Assembly (NCBI GenBank): GCA_964035545.1
Contig: OZ037767.1
Location: 3,421,680 to 3,485,679 of the forward strand
From: Bugula neritina
Lineage: Eukaryota > Animalia > Bryozoa
Length of the DNA: 64,000 nucleotides
Direction of reading: 5' to 3'
Each line of letters opens with the position of its first letter. Position 1 is the first letter of the stretch. The translations under genes were made by a program, and so were the position numbers. This document shows, piece after piece, positions 1 through 11,601 of this stretch. Under the pieces are notes generated by a model that did no database searches, was not told where the DNA came from, and worked only from the letters and a program-made list of their open reading frames with translations.

Positions 1-150
1 GGTGCCAGTAGCCTTTGCCTTAACACTGCAAGAAAATCTGTGGCTAACCTTTTTTATATAAAGAGTTTAGCTGCCCACCTCCAACTTTCAAGCTGCATGC
101 TGACCATGGTGTACAACAAACTAGAATATATCAGCTTTATGTATTCTCAC

Positions 151-2696
151 CTGTAAATTGCTGATCTGTACCTTGTACATCTCATTCTGTTCTCTCAGCT
201 CACTCTGATTGGCCGAAATTGCAGCCTTTGCCTTCAAAGCCTCTTCTAAACTGGCGTTCAACTATGAAAACATGTTTTAAAACAAATGAACAATTTCGAA
301 TTTATAGTTTCTAGTTATAACAAAATGCAGTCATGCAGATATATGGAGTTCAGCAAACACTTTTCATGTGATGCAACTTTTCACCATCAATATTGTTTAC
401 TCTTTAAAACAGACATCTGAATATACAAACTACGGCCATATTTTAAAAAATACTTCCTTAATTCAATGTATTATATACAAGTAATATATATTCATTATGT
501 ACTATATATTTTATATATTATATATATTATTGTATAATTAAACATGTTTTACACTGCCAACTCTATCCAATTACTTTTTGTAGTCTTTCTATTTCAGCGG
601 CCATTTCTCTAGTCTGCGTCTCTAGCCTCTGCTCAGCTTCTAGCTTCTCCTTCTTCAGTTTTATTTGTTCTTCCTGGTGTTTCCTGACTAAGGCTGCACT
701 TATCTCGTCAGCTTTAGCTAGCGTCTGCTCTTGGATGAGTTTGATTTTTTTCTGAGCCTAATGATTGCACATCACAAATATATTATGAGTAATCATTAGA
801 CTAAAATTGAAAATTAAATTAATTTCAATCTTCCATGAATGGAACTTTAAAACAAATGTGATGTATGCATATAAATATTTCATGATAAATAAAAACATAA
901 AAAATAATTCTTTTTATATTAAAAGGCATAAAATAATTTTTCATAATAAAATGTAGGATTTAAGTTTAGTGCAATGACTTAAATTTGCATAATGCAAATA
1001 TGAAAACAGATTGCGTACAAGTATTCTAATTAATATCGGGTAATAGATGTTACTGCTAATGGATTTCACTACACACAGTTTAGTTTGTTCTAATTACATT
1101 CTATTGACTCAACTAATGCCCCACTCTTATTGGTCAATATATTGAAAAACAGTACATTAACCCATAAATAAAAAAGTAACACCAATTGTTTACCACTATG
1201 ACTTGAACTATCAACAACTATTATAAATACTACAGACTACTTCAGTAGATGTATGGCCCATTGATTATAATACTTTCCTTTTAGATATTGAATTTGTTAG
1301 CAGCAAAAGGAAATTGAATAAATCAATAAGTATAGTTTCATTTTCTACCTAATTCAAACTATCATCTTTTTTTTAAATATGTAGTGAGAAAGCTTAAAAA
1401 TTATAGTGATAAATAAAAGAGAGAACTTTAAAAACAACCAATCACATTTACTTCATCACAAACAGTAGCCAATTATATTTGCAACAACATGGAATGTACA
1501 TAGTAAAATCCAAGGTTGATTGGTGAAGCCTGATAAAATTAATTTCTCTAAAACTTATTGTACATTCAATATATAGCACTAATGACATTAATACAGTAAA
1601 ATCAATAAGAAGTGCCTATTTGATGTACGTGCGGTATGAACCCCTGCATACTATAAAATATAAACCTTAGCAAACTGTAAGCAAATGAGAGTCAAATATT
1701 GACAACATTGTTAAACTGATTGTTGGATGGTAATTTGATAAGCTATGCTATATAATACTTATTAAAAACTTTAATTTATGTATACAACAGCTCATTATAA
1801 AATTTAGCCTAGTTCTTTTAGTTTAGAAATTATTTTCTGTTAATGGGGTTTTCAGTTATTAATATATAATTAAAGTAGATGATATAAAATAGTTCATGAA
1901 CCTGGTCAATAATGAAATGTTATGCATAATTTCATTGCATAATAGTTTTTTTAATGGTAACATGGTTGCAATAAACACACAATTTAGCGATTATGAATTA
2001 ACTTTTATTTTGCAGCAATTGATAGTTGCATGTAGTCTACCAGTTTCGACAGTGCCCCATTTACATGCTTAATGTCACTTTCTATTTACAAGCTAAACAA
2101 AGACTGTAATAACACAAAGCTTGTAAAATTATAAACAAAAAATGGGCTCTTAATCATATTGACTATTATTATAATAATTAGCATTAAACTTGCATAAGTT
2201 GAAGCTTTTTTCCAATATTGGTTGTAACCATCTTTTTAAATTTTTAAACCTTGTGCATGAGTTAAAATTAGTTTTCAACTTGAGAAGTCTACTATAGTAA
2301 TAGTAGCTATTTTTTAAATATTTTTTTTAGCAACCTAACAACTTTAAATAACTTAGTCAGACCCATAGTCATAGTGATAACATGGAAAAAGCAAGTGAGT
2401 CACGAAATTATGCAGATGTAAATTAATCTTATCTCAACGTGAATATAATTGTTTGAATTGCCCCCACAGCTATATATAATTTTGAACTATTATGATGTAC
2501 TTACTGCTTCGTTTTGCGAATGCAGATCATCACAGTGCAGCTTCTGCTGTTCATATTCGTCTATAACTTGTCTCAGTTTCTTATTTTCATTCATTAATTC
2601 CTGAACATATCCCAAAGTTTGGATATGCTTTTTGCTGAGTCGCTCTTCTTGTTGTACTTTTTGAGTTGAGCTCACACTACTTGTTTTATCTCCCAT
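151..2696 (-). CDS. Coiled-coil protein, unidentified (5' part; no stop found, probably continues past the left edge of the window)
   Basis: Phase-0 GT-AG exons 2696-2505 (MGDKTSS...LHSQNEA), 757-575 (AQKKIKLIQEQTLAKADEISAALVRKHQEEQIKLKKEKLEAEQRLETQTREMAAEIERLQK) and 261-151 (LNASLEEALKAKAAISANQSELREQNEMYKVQISNLQ) join in frame. The protein is E/K/Q/L-rich and heptad-like. Family not recognised. Confidence 0.8.
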
Positions 2697-2730
2697 ATTG
2701 AGTATTAGTTTGCGATAACAATGCTACAGC

Positions 2731-2810
2731 CTGCAATGCAATAGAGTGAGTAGTACTAGTTGCTACTGAATTACTCACGCACCATGCCTCAATACCGCCA
2801 TGTTGTTGAT
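2731..2810 (-). promoter_or_regulatory. Putative 48-nt 5'UTR intron and YY1-like element of the coiled-coil gene
   Basis: On the minus strand: donor GTGAGT at 2778, acceptor TGCAG ending at 2731, and AACATGGCGG (YY1-like) around 2795-2804. Confidence 0.45.
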
Positions 2811-3487
2811 ATGTATCTAGGCTATTGTATATCCTCGGCCATTGTAATCGCAGCTCACAACTGTTATAATAATAAAAGATAATTGTGTTAATAAAAGAAC
2901 TTTTTTAAAATCAATTACTAATAGGTTGTGCAATGCTTACATTAAGAAACAAAACGTTTGAATAGTGTTTGATTACAATGCTGCGATTATTTGAACAAAG
3001 AAAGGATAACTCCTATAAAGTCACGGTTTCTTCAGTGTAAATACTATATTGTTATTTTTTTAACGCATCTGATTGATGGTATCCGAGTATATTGCAGAAG
3101 GGGGATAATTCTGTCAATGGAGCTAACTGATATTTAGTCTGCATTTACCTGTGGCTGATCTATTTACACTACTATTGTCTGTGGTGTTACCATGCTTATT
3201 TGTCCTGAATATTGTCATTTTCAACTGATTAAAAACGAAAGCAAGAAGACACGTGCAAAGAACATTGGGGCTCATAATAAAGCCATAATACCTATTTGAT
3301 TAAGATTCTTGTATAATACTTTTGATTAATAAATATATTTCTGTTGATATATTTATAAATACAGAAAAAAGCTATGAATTAATACTTTTATACATGACCA
3401 AATATTCCAGAAGTTTCCAACATTATGTTATGTGTGCTAATTATTGTACAGTTTATTTACACGTTTACTAACATTCTTAGATCTAGC

Positions 3488-4189
3488 TCAATTATCGATC
3501 TTATCAACAATATTACACATAAGCCTATCAAGATTGAGAAGAGTTTGTTCGTCAGCATCATCTACGGCAGCAGTGTCAGCCTCAGATTGTTCCGTCGCAT
3601 CAGAGATATTGCTGAGCTGATGCAGCAAAGTCAGACTGGGCTTGACATCGGCAGCAGTAGCTGCTGACTGATTCTGCTTTAAGCTTTCCTTAACTTTCTC
3701 CAACTGTTGTTGAAACCTCTGCGTAATGTCTATTCTCTGCTTTTTCTGTACAGTCATCATAACCTTGATGGTCTCTCTAGCCTGATGTTGCCGATACTCA
3801 TTAATCAAATGATGCATGTTGATAAACAGCAAGCCAATGTCATCTATTTTCTCAGTTCTCTTCTCTGAGTCTGGTGCCTTAACGAGAATATCGAGTAAGT
3901 CTAGAAAACTAGTGAGTATCGAATGATTGAGCTTCTTCAACTCCTTTTTGTGTTCATAATTTTGTGGGTACAGTCGACGAACTCGTTGACTCTCTAATGA
4001 CCGTATGATACTTTCATTGGGGAAAAACGGAGAGCCAAACATTGAGTATGGTTCGCTAACGATACAAGCTGGTGGTTTGGGTGCTGTTCCAGCTGTGACG
4101 GCTTCATCCGTGTATTTATCAATATACTGTGATGGAGGCAGTGGCCATGAGGATGCTGATTCTTCCTCAGGGCGAAGTTGTGCTGCCAT
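3488..4189 (-). CDS. MED7: Mediator of RNA polymerase II transcription subunit 7, single coding exon, ~233 aa
   Basis: ORF contains PLPPSQYIDKYTDE, PYSMFG, IIRSLESQ, ELKKLNHSIL..FLDLLDIL and LLFINMHHLINEYRQHQARETI, which are hallmark MED7 motifs. First ATG is at 4189 (the ORF track starts at an upstream TTG). Splice acceptors lie just upstream at 4201 and 4208. Confidence 0.97.
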   Translation of the reverse strand: MAAQLRPEEESASSWPLPPSQYIDKYTDEAVTAGTAPKPPACIVSEPYSMFGSPFFPNESIIRSLESQRVRRLYPQNYEHKKELKKLNHSILTSFLDLLDILVKAPDSEKRTEKIDDIGLLFINMHHLINEYRQHQARETIKVMMTVQKKQRIDITQRFQQQLEKVKESLKQNQSAATAADVKPSLTLLHQLSNISDATEQSEADTAAVDDADEQTLLNLDRLMCNIVDKIDN

Positions 4190-4469
4190 TTCCAAAATAC
4201 CTGAAGCCTACAGAGAATGAGAAAAACTATTTAGATAAAATGTTTTAGAATTGCGTGAGATTAAGAATAATCGACACTTTAATAGTTACACCCTAACTTA
4301 TATTGATATTAAACATAAAATAGCTACTTCAAGCTGAAATTGCAAAATTTCAACTTGAAAAAAATTACATCTGAAACATTTTACATGATATGATAATGAT
4401 TCCTGAACATCTATTGACCTATTGCCCAGTAACTTTTTACTGTAGGTAAATTATTTAAAATTAAAGTAA

Positions 4470-4955
4470 TTACTAATTATTATTACAGTAACACTATTAC
4501 TAGTAGTATTACTATTAGTACTACTAATTAGTAATTGACTAATTAGATTATTTTAAGAATATGAATATCAACTTTAAGCTGAGGATCAAGATGTCTTCAA
4601 GTTAAAGTAAAAATCAAAACGATTGAAACTATCAGTATGACTATGAGTATCACTGTCAAGGTCAAGCTCAAGGTGAAGGCTATCAGTATCAGTACCAAAT
4701 ACTAATAGTAATACTAATAGTGAAATACTAATAGTAATAGTATTGCTATTAGTAATACTAATACTAATACTACTACAGTAATAGTAATAGCAATACTAAT
4801 AGTAATACTAATATTAATAGTAATACTCATACTAATACTAACACTAATAGTAATACTAATACTAATACTAATAGTATTACTAATAGTAATAGTAATACTA
4901 ATAAGTAATAGTAATAGTAATACACTTATAGTAATACTAATACTAATAGCACTAG
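4470..4955. repeat. Degenerate triplet tract (TAA/TAG/TAC/ACT)n
   Basis: Runs such as taatagtaatactaatactaatagt; this tract produces the spurious I/S/T-rich ORF 4714-5055. Confidence 0.85.
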
Positions 4956-5169
4956 AAGTTCTTTTATAACTTTGCAAGCTTAATTTTGAATATTTGCCTT
5001 TCTTCCTGTTATTAAAATGCTTGAGTAACACTGCGTGTAATGATGACAGTAACATAAATATGAATGAAATTGAATGATTATCATTATCATTATGAAATAA
5101 CTTGTCGACAAGTTTGTTCTTGGCATTGATAAGAAATAGACAACAGTCAGTGTTTGTTTCTGATACACG

Positions 5170-5310
5170 TTTACTTAAAATAATGGTGTTTATATTAAGT
5201 TTCTAGTGAGAGCTCGTGGCAGATTTTAGGAACTTCATCATATCAAATTAATATAATTTTTTAGAAAAGACAACTCCATTTTAGCATCAAAATTAGCGCA
5301 AGGTATTAAG
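5170..5310. promoter_or_regulatory. Putative bidirectional MED7/NSMCE1 promoter with short non-coding first exons
   Basis: The two genes are head-to-head and each has an acceptor just before its ATG. Candidate outward-facing donors: minus-strand GTAAAC at 5174 and plus-strand AAG|GTATTA at 5303. Inference only. Confidence 0.4.
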
Positions 5311-5569
5311 AGATTGCTAGAAGCAGCACAAAGTTGATAGTCACTGACTGCTCTGGTTTGTGGGAGTTCGGAGTTTGGACTACGACTCTACAAACACTGC
5401 ACTCAATGACTCCCAACATTTTACTGCTTCTAGGGAGTCTCATAGGTTTTAGTGAGATATGGACAAAGTAATTGTAATGTGAATTAAAATTTAGTTGTAT
5501 CAAAATGGGAAAAACCTATATCCTAATCTATGCAGCTTAGCAAAGTTATGATTAAATATCAGTCACTAT

Positions 5570-6150
5570 TGTTAATACTATTAGTATAATTATATAATAG
5601 TAATAACTTCAAGTGATCACCTATAAAACTAAGTTACTATCACTATGACTATGACTCATAGTCATAGTGATGGTGATAGTTACTAGTATAACTATAAGTA
5701 GTATCAGTATGACATTGAGTTTGACTATCACTATCACATCCATTTTCAATATCAATATAAATAATAAAATCATTATGAATATGATCATCATATAATTATA
5801 ATTAATTCTATAAGTATAAGTTAATGTTATACTTAGTTATAACATTAACATGTTTGCTTTGACATTAATGATTAATATTTATTTTTTAATTGATATAATT
5901 AATATTATAACCATAAACTTAAAGTTTTATAAAGTCAAAGTGATAATCAGTTAATGCGTAATGATAATCATAATCATAATGCCAATGGTAATAATACTTG
6001 AAGTTGATAGTGATAATGAACTCTAATGACTATGAGAAGAGTAATACTACTAGTATTACTATTACTATCACCAAGCCAATGGATCACTGTAAATATAAGA
6101 TCAAGCATCACCTAAACTTTCAATATAGCATTAAAGATAATGATAGTGCA
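5570..6150. repeat. Degenerate triplet low-complexity tract (ACT/AGT/TGA/TAA)
   Basis: 3-periodic sequence such as actatcactatgactatgactcatagtcatagtgatggtgatagttactagt. Confidence 0.7.
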
Positions 6151-6318
6151 ACATGGAGTAAATTTACTGGATCATTCCAGTTGTATTTCTTGCCAAAAAG
6201 CATTTCTACTGTCCTTTAACCTAGATGCATGACAAGTTGAGGCCAATGTTTATGTATTTTCACAACGAAATTTGTTGAAAGTCAGCAATTATTGCTTTAT
6301 ATTCTATTTTTAGTCAAC

Positions 6319-8613
6319 ATGGAACGAGAGTTGTCTTTATCACAAAAGATGTTTTTACAGTCAATACTGCATTACGGTTTCATGGACTCTAGCACAGTAA
6401 AAGCTTCCTATCAAAGCTGCCGGGAACGTTATGATGGTAGGCAAGTACAGCAACTCCATACTTAACACACTCTTGACTGGTGTTTCTACATTGCTGTAAT
6501 ATATGTTGATTTAATAATTATCCATTGTTTAAGATACACGTGAAACCATATTTTGTCGACATTTTATAATTTGTTAAATTTAAAATAATTGATGTAATAT
6601 CAGGTACAACATGGTAGAATGTTTTTTGTTTTCTAGAGCCAACTAATTTGGAAGATCTTAGAAATTTTCTGCGAGACATCAATGCTCAGATACGTTTCAT
6701 GGATATTGAAGTTCGAAAAGGTTTTGACGAAGATAGCGGAGTTGCGTGTTACGTTGCTATTAACACAGTCGATAATCCGTTTCTTCAGGGCACTGGAAAG
6801 TACACTCTCAAGCAGATGGAATATTTTAAGATGCTTGTACGAATTCTTATTATATGCAAATTATCTGTTTTCATTTCTGTATGTTTATATTTCTATATAA
6901 TATTTACATTTTGTTACATTTTGCTAATCTATTTTATTATCCATATTTAATTGATAGTCATGACAACCAGCTTCACATTAGTCTCATAACAGTTTTAAAG
7001 TTCAAGTGAGTTTAAAAGAACTATTTGGTGTAACGTATTCTTCAATAACCAGATTTTTTACTCCTTAATCTGTACCAGGTTGTGTAGAGTGTATATAGGC
7101 CATGCTAAGGTGCAGTATGATTCATAACAGGTGCTTTGCAAGTGGTTGACACATCATGTCAGTTTAGCAGTGACACTTGTCAGTTGTGTTTAGATGAAGC
7201 TTATAGTTCTCTCCGATGAAGGGTCTATCACAATGGTTGATGCTCTCAATGCTGTCGATAGTTTGGATTTTAAGCTGTCTAAGCACGAAGCTGCTCAACT
7301 TATAAAGAAGGACTGGGTAACTTCTGATAAATGGTTGAAAGGCGTTACCCCTTTTCAGCTTGATAGGACTCCGGATGAGGTCAGTAGTCTCACTATGCTT
7401 GCACTTTATTACGTAATGTTTAGAATATTTTTGATTTTGTGAATTTTTCCAGTGTGATTTGTAACTACGCTTTATGGAAATTAGTTATACTGTTGCTTAA
7501 TTGCTTGGAAAAATTAAAAATTCTGCTACTTATTAATTTATAGAAATCTATAACATATTTTTATTTGATAATAACTTACCTTGAAGAACAAATGTAATGA
7601 AGAAATTTCGTGAATTTTACTCAAGGCCTTGTTGTTTTAACAATTACACAAATATTTAAAATATTGCACTAAAACCCCAGGAAATTATCTACTCCTGTTT
7701 CGTGTAGGAATATGTTGCTGACAACACAATGATTACTCTTGGTACACGGTCTATTGTGGAGCTGGAGAGATATATCAGAGACACGTTCTCAGAATATGTC
7801 AAGGACTGTAACATCTGCACCAGAATATGCATTCGAGTGAGTAATCCGTCTGCTCTAGTTGTATGACCTCATTGTTGAGCACAGTTCACATCACCTGACC
7901 AGCTCATAGACGATATAGTGATGTAATAGATTTGCAAACTATTCTCAATGATTGACAGCATTGCTTAAAATTAATATCAATTTTGGATTAGTATGCCTTG
8001 AAAGGTGTGAAATAATTTTTTCTCCATATTTCTCATTTATCAGAATAATTTAATGTAAGTTTAGATCCTTTCTGTTCTTTCCCTGTTACCAGCTCCCACT
8101 TGACTACTAGAAAGGCCCTGGACAGGAAAGACTAGTGTTGGGCACAGAGCTGATTAAGACCTTATCTGTACATATTGTAGATAGGTTTATTATCAATGAT
8201 TGTTCCATTTCTCTTCGCAAGTTGTAATATTATTTTATTATTCAATAGTAAAGTTTTCTTTAATCTCCCTAAATAAGATAGTATGCTATAATACTTGCTG
8301 ATTCATTTCTATTTACATTTGGCCTCTTTTTAATTGAAATAGTTTGATGGCAGATTATTTATTGGAGTTTTCTTTCCTATTGTCAAAGTCTATAAATTGA
8401 TCCAAGCCTGTCACACATTAATTGGTATTGGATTTGTAGGGTCTCGTATGCAGGCAATGTGAACACAAAGTGCATGCTGGTTGTGTCAAGAGTTATCTTT
8501 CCAAACAGAAGCAACACGTTCCACTCTGTCCGAACAAACAGTGTGGCATACAAAGATCTGAACTACTTGGCTACTATAAATCTCGACAGCAGGCTAACCA
8601 AAGTCAGCATTAA
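6319..8613 (+). CDS. NSMCE1: SMC5-SMC6 complex non-SMC element 1 (Nse1), RING-type, ~268 aa
   Basis: Exons 6319-6436, 6637-6836, 7194-7379, 7708-7836 and 8440-8613 are all GT-AG and in frame. Motifs: QKMFLQSIL, DIEVRKGFDEDSG..YVAIN, KWL, TLGTRSIVELERYI, and RING CNIC...CRQC..H..C...CPNKQC. Confidence 0.93.
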
Positions 8614-9779
8614 ATCTGTAAATTTAATCAAAAATATTTGCGCGAAGAAATGTAGTTATATATAATAATATATGATGTATATAGTAACATCTTGTAATAT
8701 TTTTGTTAATAGCTCACCGTCATTTATATGCTGGTAAAATGTACATAATATTAAAATTTACATACATGTATCAAAAAAATAATTCTTGTTTTATTTCTGC
8801 ATCAGTTGTAGCATTTCACATCAGTGTTGCTCTCTCTAATTCTTATACAACTTCCACCAAACTGATGATAACTTATGATGAAACTTGTGAAAATGTAGGC
8901 AAATGAAAAAACCTCTGCCTTTCTTTTTAAATTCTACCAAGTAAAAAGTCATAAAATTGTTACTTCAGTATATATTATAGTGTAAACAATATGGGAAATG
9001 TGTTTATATAAAACTTCCAATTTCAACAGGGTAATTGTTTGCCACATTGAAACATAACTAATGATATTTAAAATATTTTTTAGAGAGGGATTTTTATTTA
9101 GTTCACTACACATAACCAGTAGCAATACAATTACGATTAAACAACTCTGAAATAACCTAACATGCCTTTATTACCCTCATGTCTGTTGTAATCATATTTT
9201 AATCTTAGGATACAATACTAAGTATGTCTACTGACATTTCAGAATATAGGTTATTACAGATAACCCTAGCTAATATTTTTGTACACTAACCAAAATCAAT
9301 AGTGCATGGCTCCAGATGCAATACAACAATTATAAGGCAAGTTCATTTTCAGGTACGAAATCATATAGCTCCAACAAAAACGTGTGCATGTAACTTAAAT
9401 AATTAAAATAATAACTAATGTGCACTAATAAATTATAACATCAAACATGTAGATTGGAGAGTTTTTGACATTTTCCCTATTGCCTAACATAAATTATGAA
9501 ATGACCTAGCCAAATGTTGTTTATATAACTTTTTTATATCCTATAATGAAGTTATATAAACATGTAATTTACAAGTGGTTTGCCTCATTACCTGCATCAA
9601 TTTGTGTTATTCTTGACTGGCTTCTTTGCCAATGATTTGAAGCCCTTAATCAAACCAGCTACAGTTCTATTTGGGGAGGGAAATAAAAAAGGCTGTATTA
9701 TTGAATAGCTGTAAATGGTTTAAATTTTACTACACATGTAATATGTTACCAAATTCAATTACGTAATTATTTGTCCTCA

Positions 9780-10115
9780 CTGGCAATTGGCACGTTTTGA
9801 ATGCACGTGTGTCTAGCGTTTAATACTGCCTTGCTCGGTCCAAGGTAGCTAGGTGGAGCCTAGCAGCGGTTTAGTCAGTTCTGAAAGATGATTGGATGAA
9901 TTGACGTCGTAAAACACGCCTTATTTAGACCATCTGCTCCGAGTAGCACACGGTTCAGGTTCAATGTGTACGTGATCGTCGTAAAATGCTCCGCTATAGT
10001 ACTTCGATACGCGTTATTGAATAGGTGAGAAACATTGGTTCGATCAGGCGCGTGCTGCACTAAAACGAGTTAGTTCGTTACTCATAGCTCGCGTTGGAAC
10101 TTTGACTTCTCTGCC
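9780..10115 (+). promoter_or_regulatory. CpG-rich promoter and probable non-coding exon 1 of the ETNPPL-like gene
   Basis: Strong local CpG enrichment, E-box CACGTG (~9805), ATTGG (~9891), CRE-like TGACGTCG (9902), donor AG|GTGAGA at 10025 and a candidate acceptor at ~11570 upstream of the ATG. Confidence 0.55.
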
Positions 10116-10199
10116 TATCAGAATTAAAACTCTATTATATTGGTTATGGTGATACTAAGTCCAATACGTGTATTACAGTGCTTTTAATATCGTGTGAAC

Positions 10200-10760
10200 A
10201 TAATCGTAGTGATAATATTAATATTAATAGTAGTAGTAGTAGTAGTATCGCTGTCATGATTATTTATTATTACAATTATGATTATTAATAATTAATTTTT
10301 GACACTCACACTGATAGTGATACTGTCATAGTGATAGTAAATGTAATAGTAATACTAATAGTAATAATACTACTAGTATTAGTAGCAGTAGTACTACTAG
10401 TAGTAGTACTACTATTACTTATTAGTTATTAGTATTACTATTAGTATTACTAGTACTACTACAGTACTAGTAGTACTAGTACTAGTAGTAGTAAAACTAA
10501 AAGTGAATGTTAAAGTTGATGTACTAGTCTACTACTACTAGTACTACTACTACTACTAATAATAATAGTAATACTAGTATTAGTACATTTATACTAATAT
10601 AAGTTTGAAATTAATAATTAAAGTAATGATTGTAGTTGATATTATAATAGCACTGATACTGAGAGTAATAGTAAATGTAATACTATTACTATTAGTATTA
10701 GTATTACTAATATTTCATTCATATTGATTCTGATAGCCATACTGCTATCTGTTTGTTATT
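10200..10760. repeat. Degenerate (TAG/TAC/TAA)n triplet tract with self-complementary blocks
   Basis: Sequence such as agtagtactactagtagtagtactactatt. Confidence 0.85.
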
Positions 10761-11601
10761 TGCACACATGCTGATGATGGCAATATCAATATCAAGTTAA
10801 TCAAGATGAATGAATTTATATATTAAATATAATTTTATAATAATATGAGTTAAAACATCTCATTGACATTATCACATTCAAAACTTGCTGATAGGCAGTT
10901 GGAACAAATTATATATATTGATTTTGCCAACAGATTAAAGAAGATTTAGAAACTAGTTATTAACCATAATACATTCTAAAAATTGCTTTGTAAGCAAATC
11001 CATAACAATTAAACCATCTATTTATTAAAATGCTGCTGCCACACACAGCCTAATCAAAGTTTAAAAGTTAACTCACATCCATCATATTGAAAAAAATTTT
11101 TTGCTAAAGAAAACAAAAGTGCTGATGAACTCTTGCAGTTTGACATGTAGATTTACTATGTTTTTATAGGAAACAGTAAATGAAAGGGTGCTTTATTTAA
11201 ACTGCCAAGTTTTAATAATTCTGGCGTAATAGTGTGAGTATATCTGTAGCCTACATGTTGAATTTTGCGCCCATTCTAATGTATCTTTGTTTAAAGACCA
11301 AATTGATTGGATAGCACTAGTTGTGTTATTGCATGAATAAATTTACGCCACCTACCCACCTACACAGAACTTTCAAAGTTGATTATTAGTATGCGTTTGA
11401 CCTTTTTTGCATAATGAAGTTCATTTGCATAAAATATTCTATAAAATAACAGCTATATTAAAAAAATGTTCAAATATTTGTAAACCTGTTTAAGCAACCC
11501 ATGATTTTGAGCTTCACACAGTCTGGGAGAATTTTCCTCTCTGTTAATGCCAGTCAGTTTAACTGGTTAGCCCATCTCAAGCCACCAATGAAACTGTAAT
11601 C

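Noticed and set aside
3425-4220. Plus-strand ORFs overlapping MED7
   Set aside because: Antisense shadows of the MED7 CDS with no recognisable motifs.
4714-5055. 113-aa hydrophobic ORF resembling a membrane protein
   Set aside because: Artefact of the triplet tract.
8862-8890. Second hammerhead candidate (CTGATGA...GAAAC)
   Set aside because: Stems I-III do not pair. The other CTGATGA occurrences I checked also lack a properly placed GAAA and helices.
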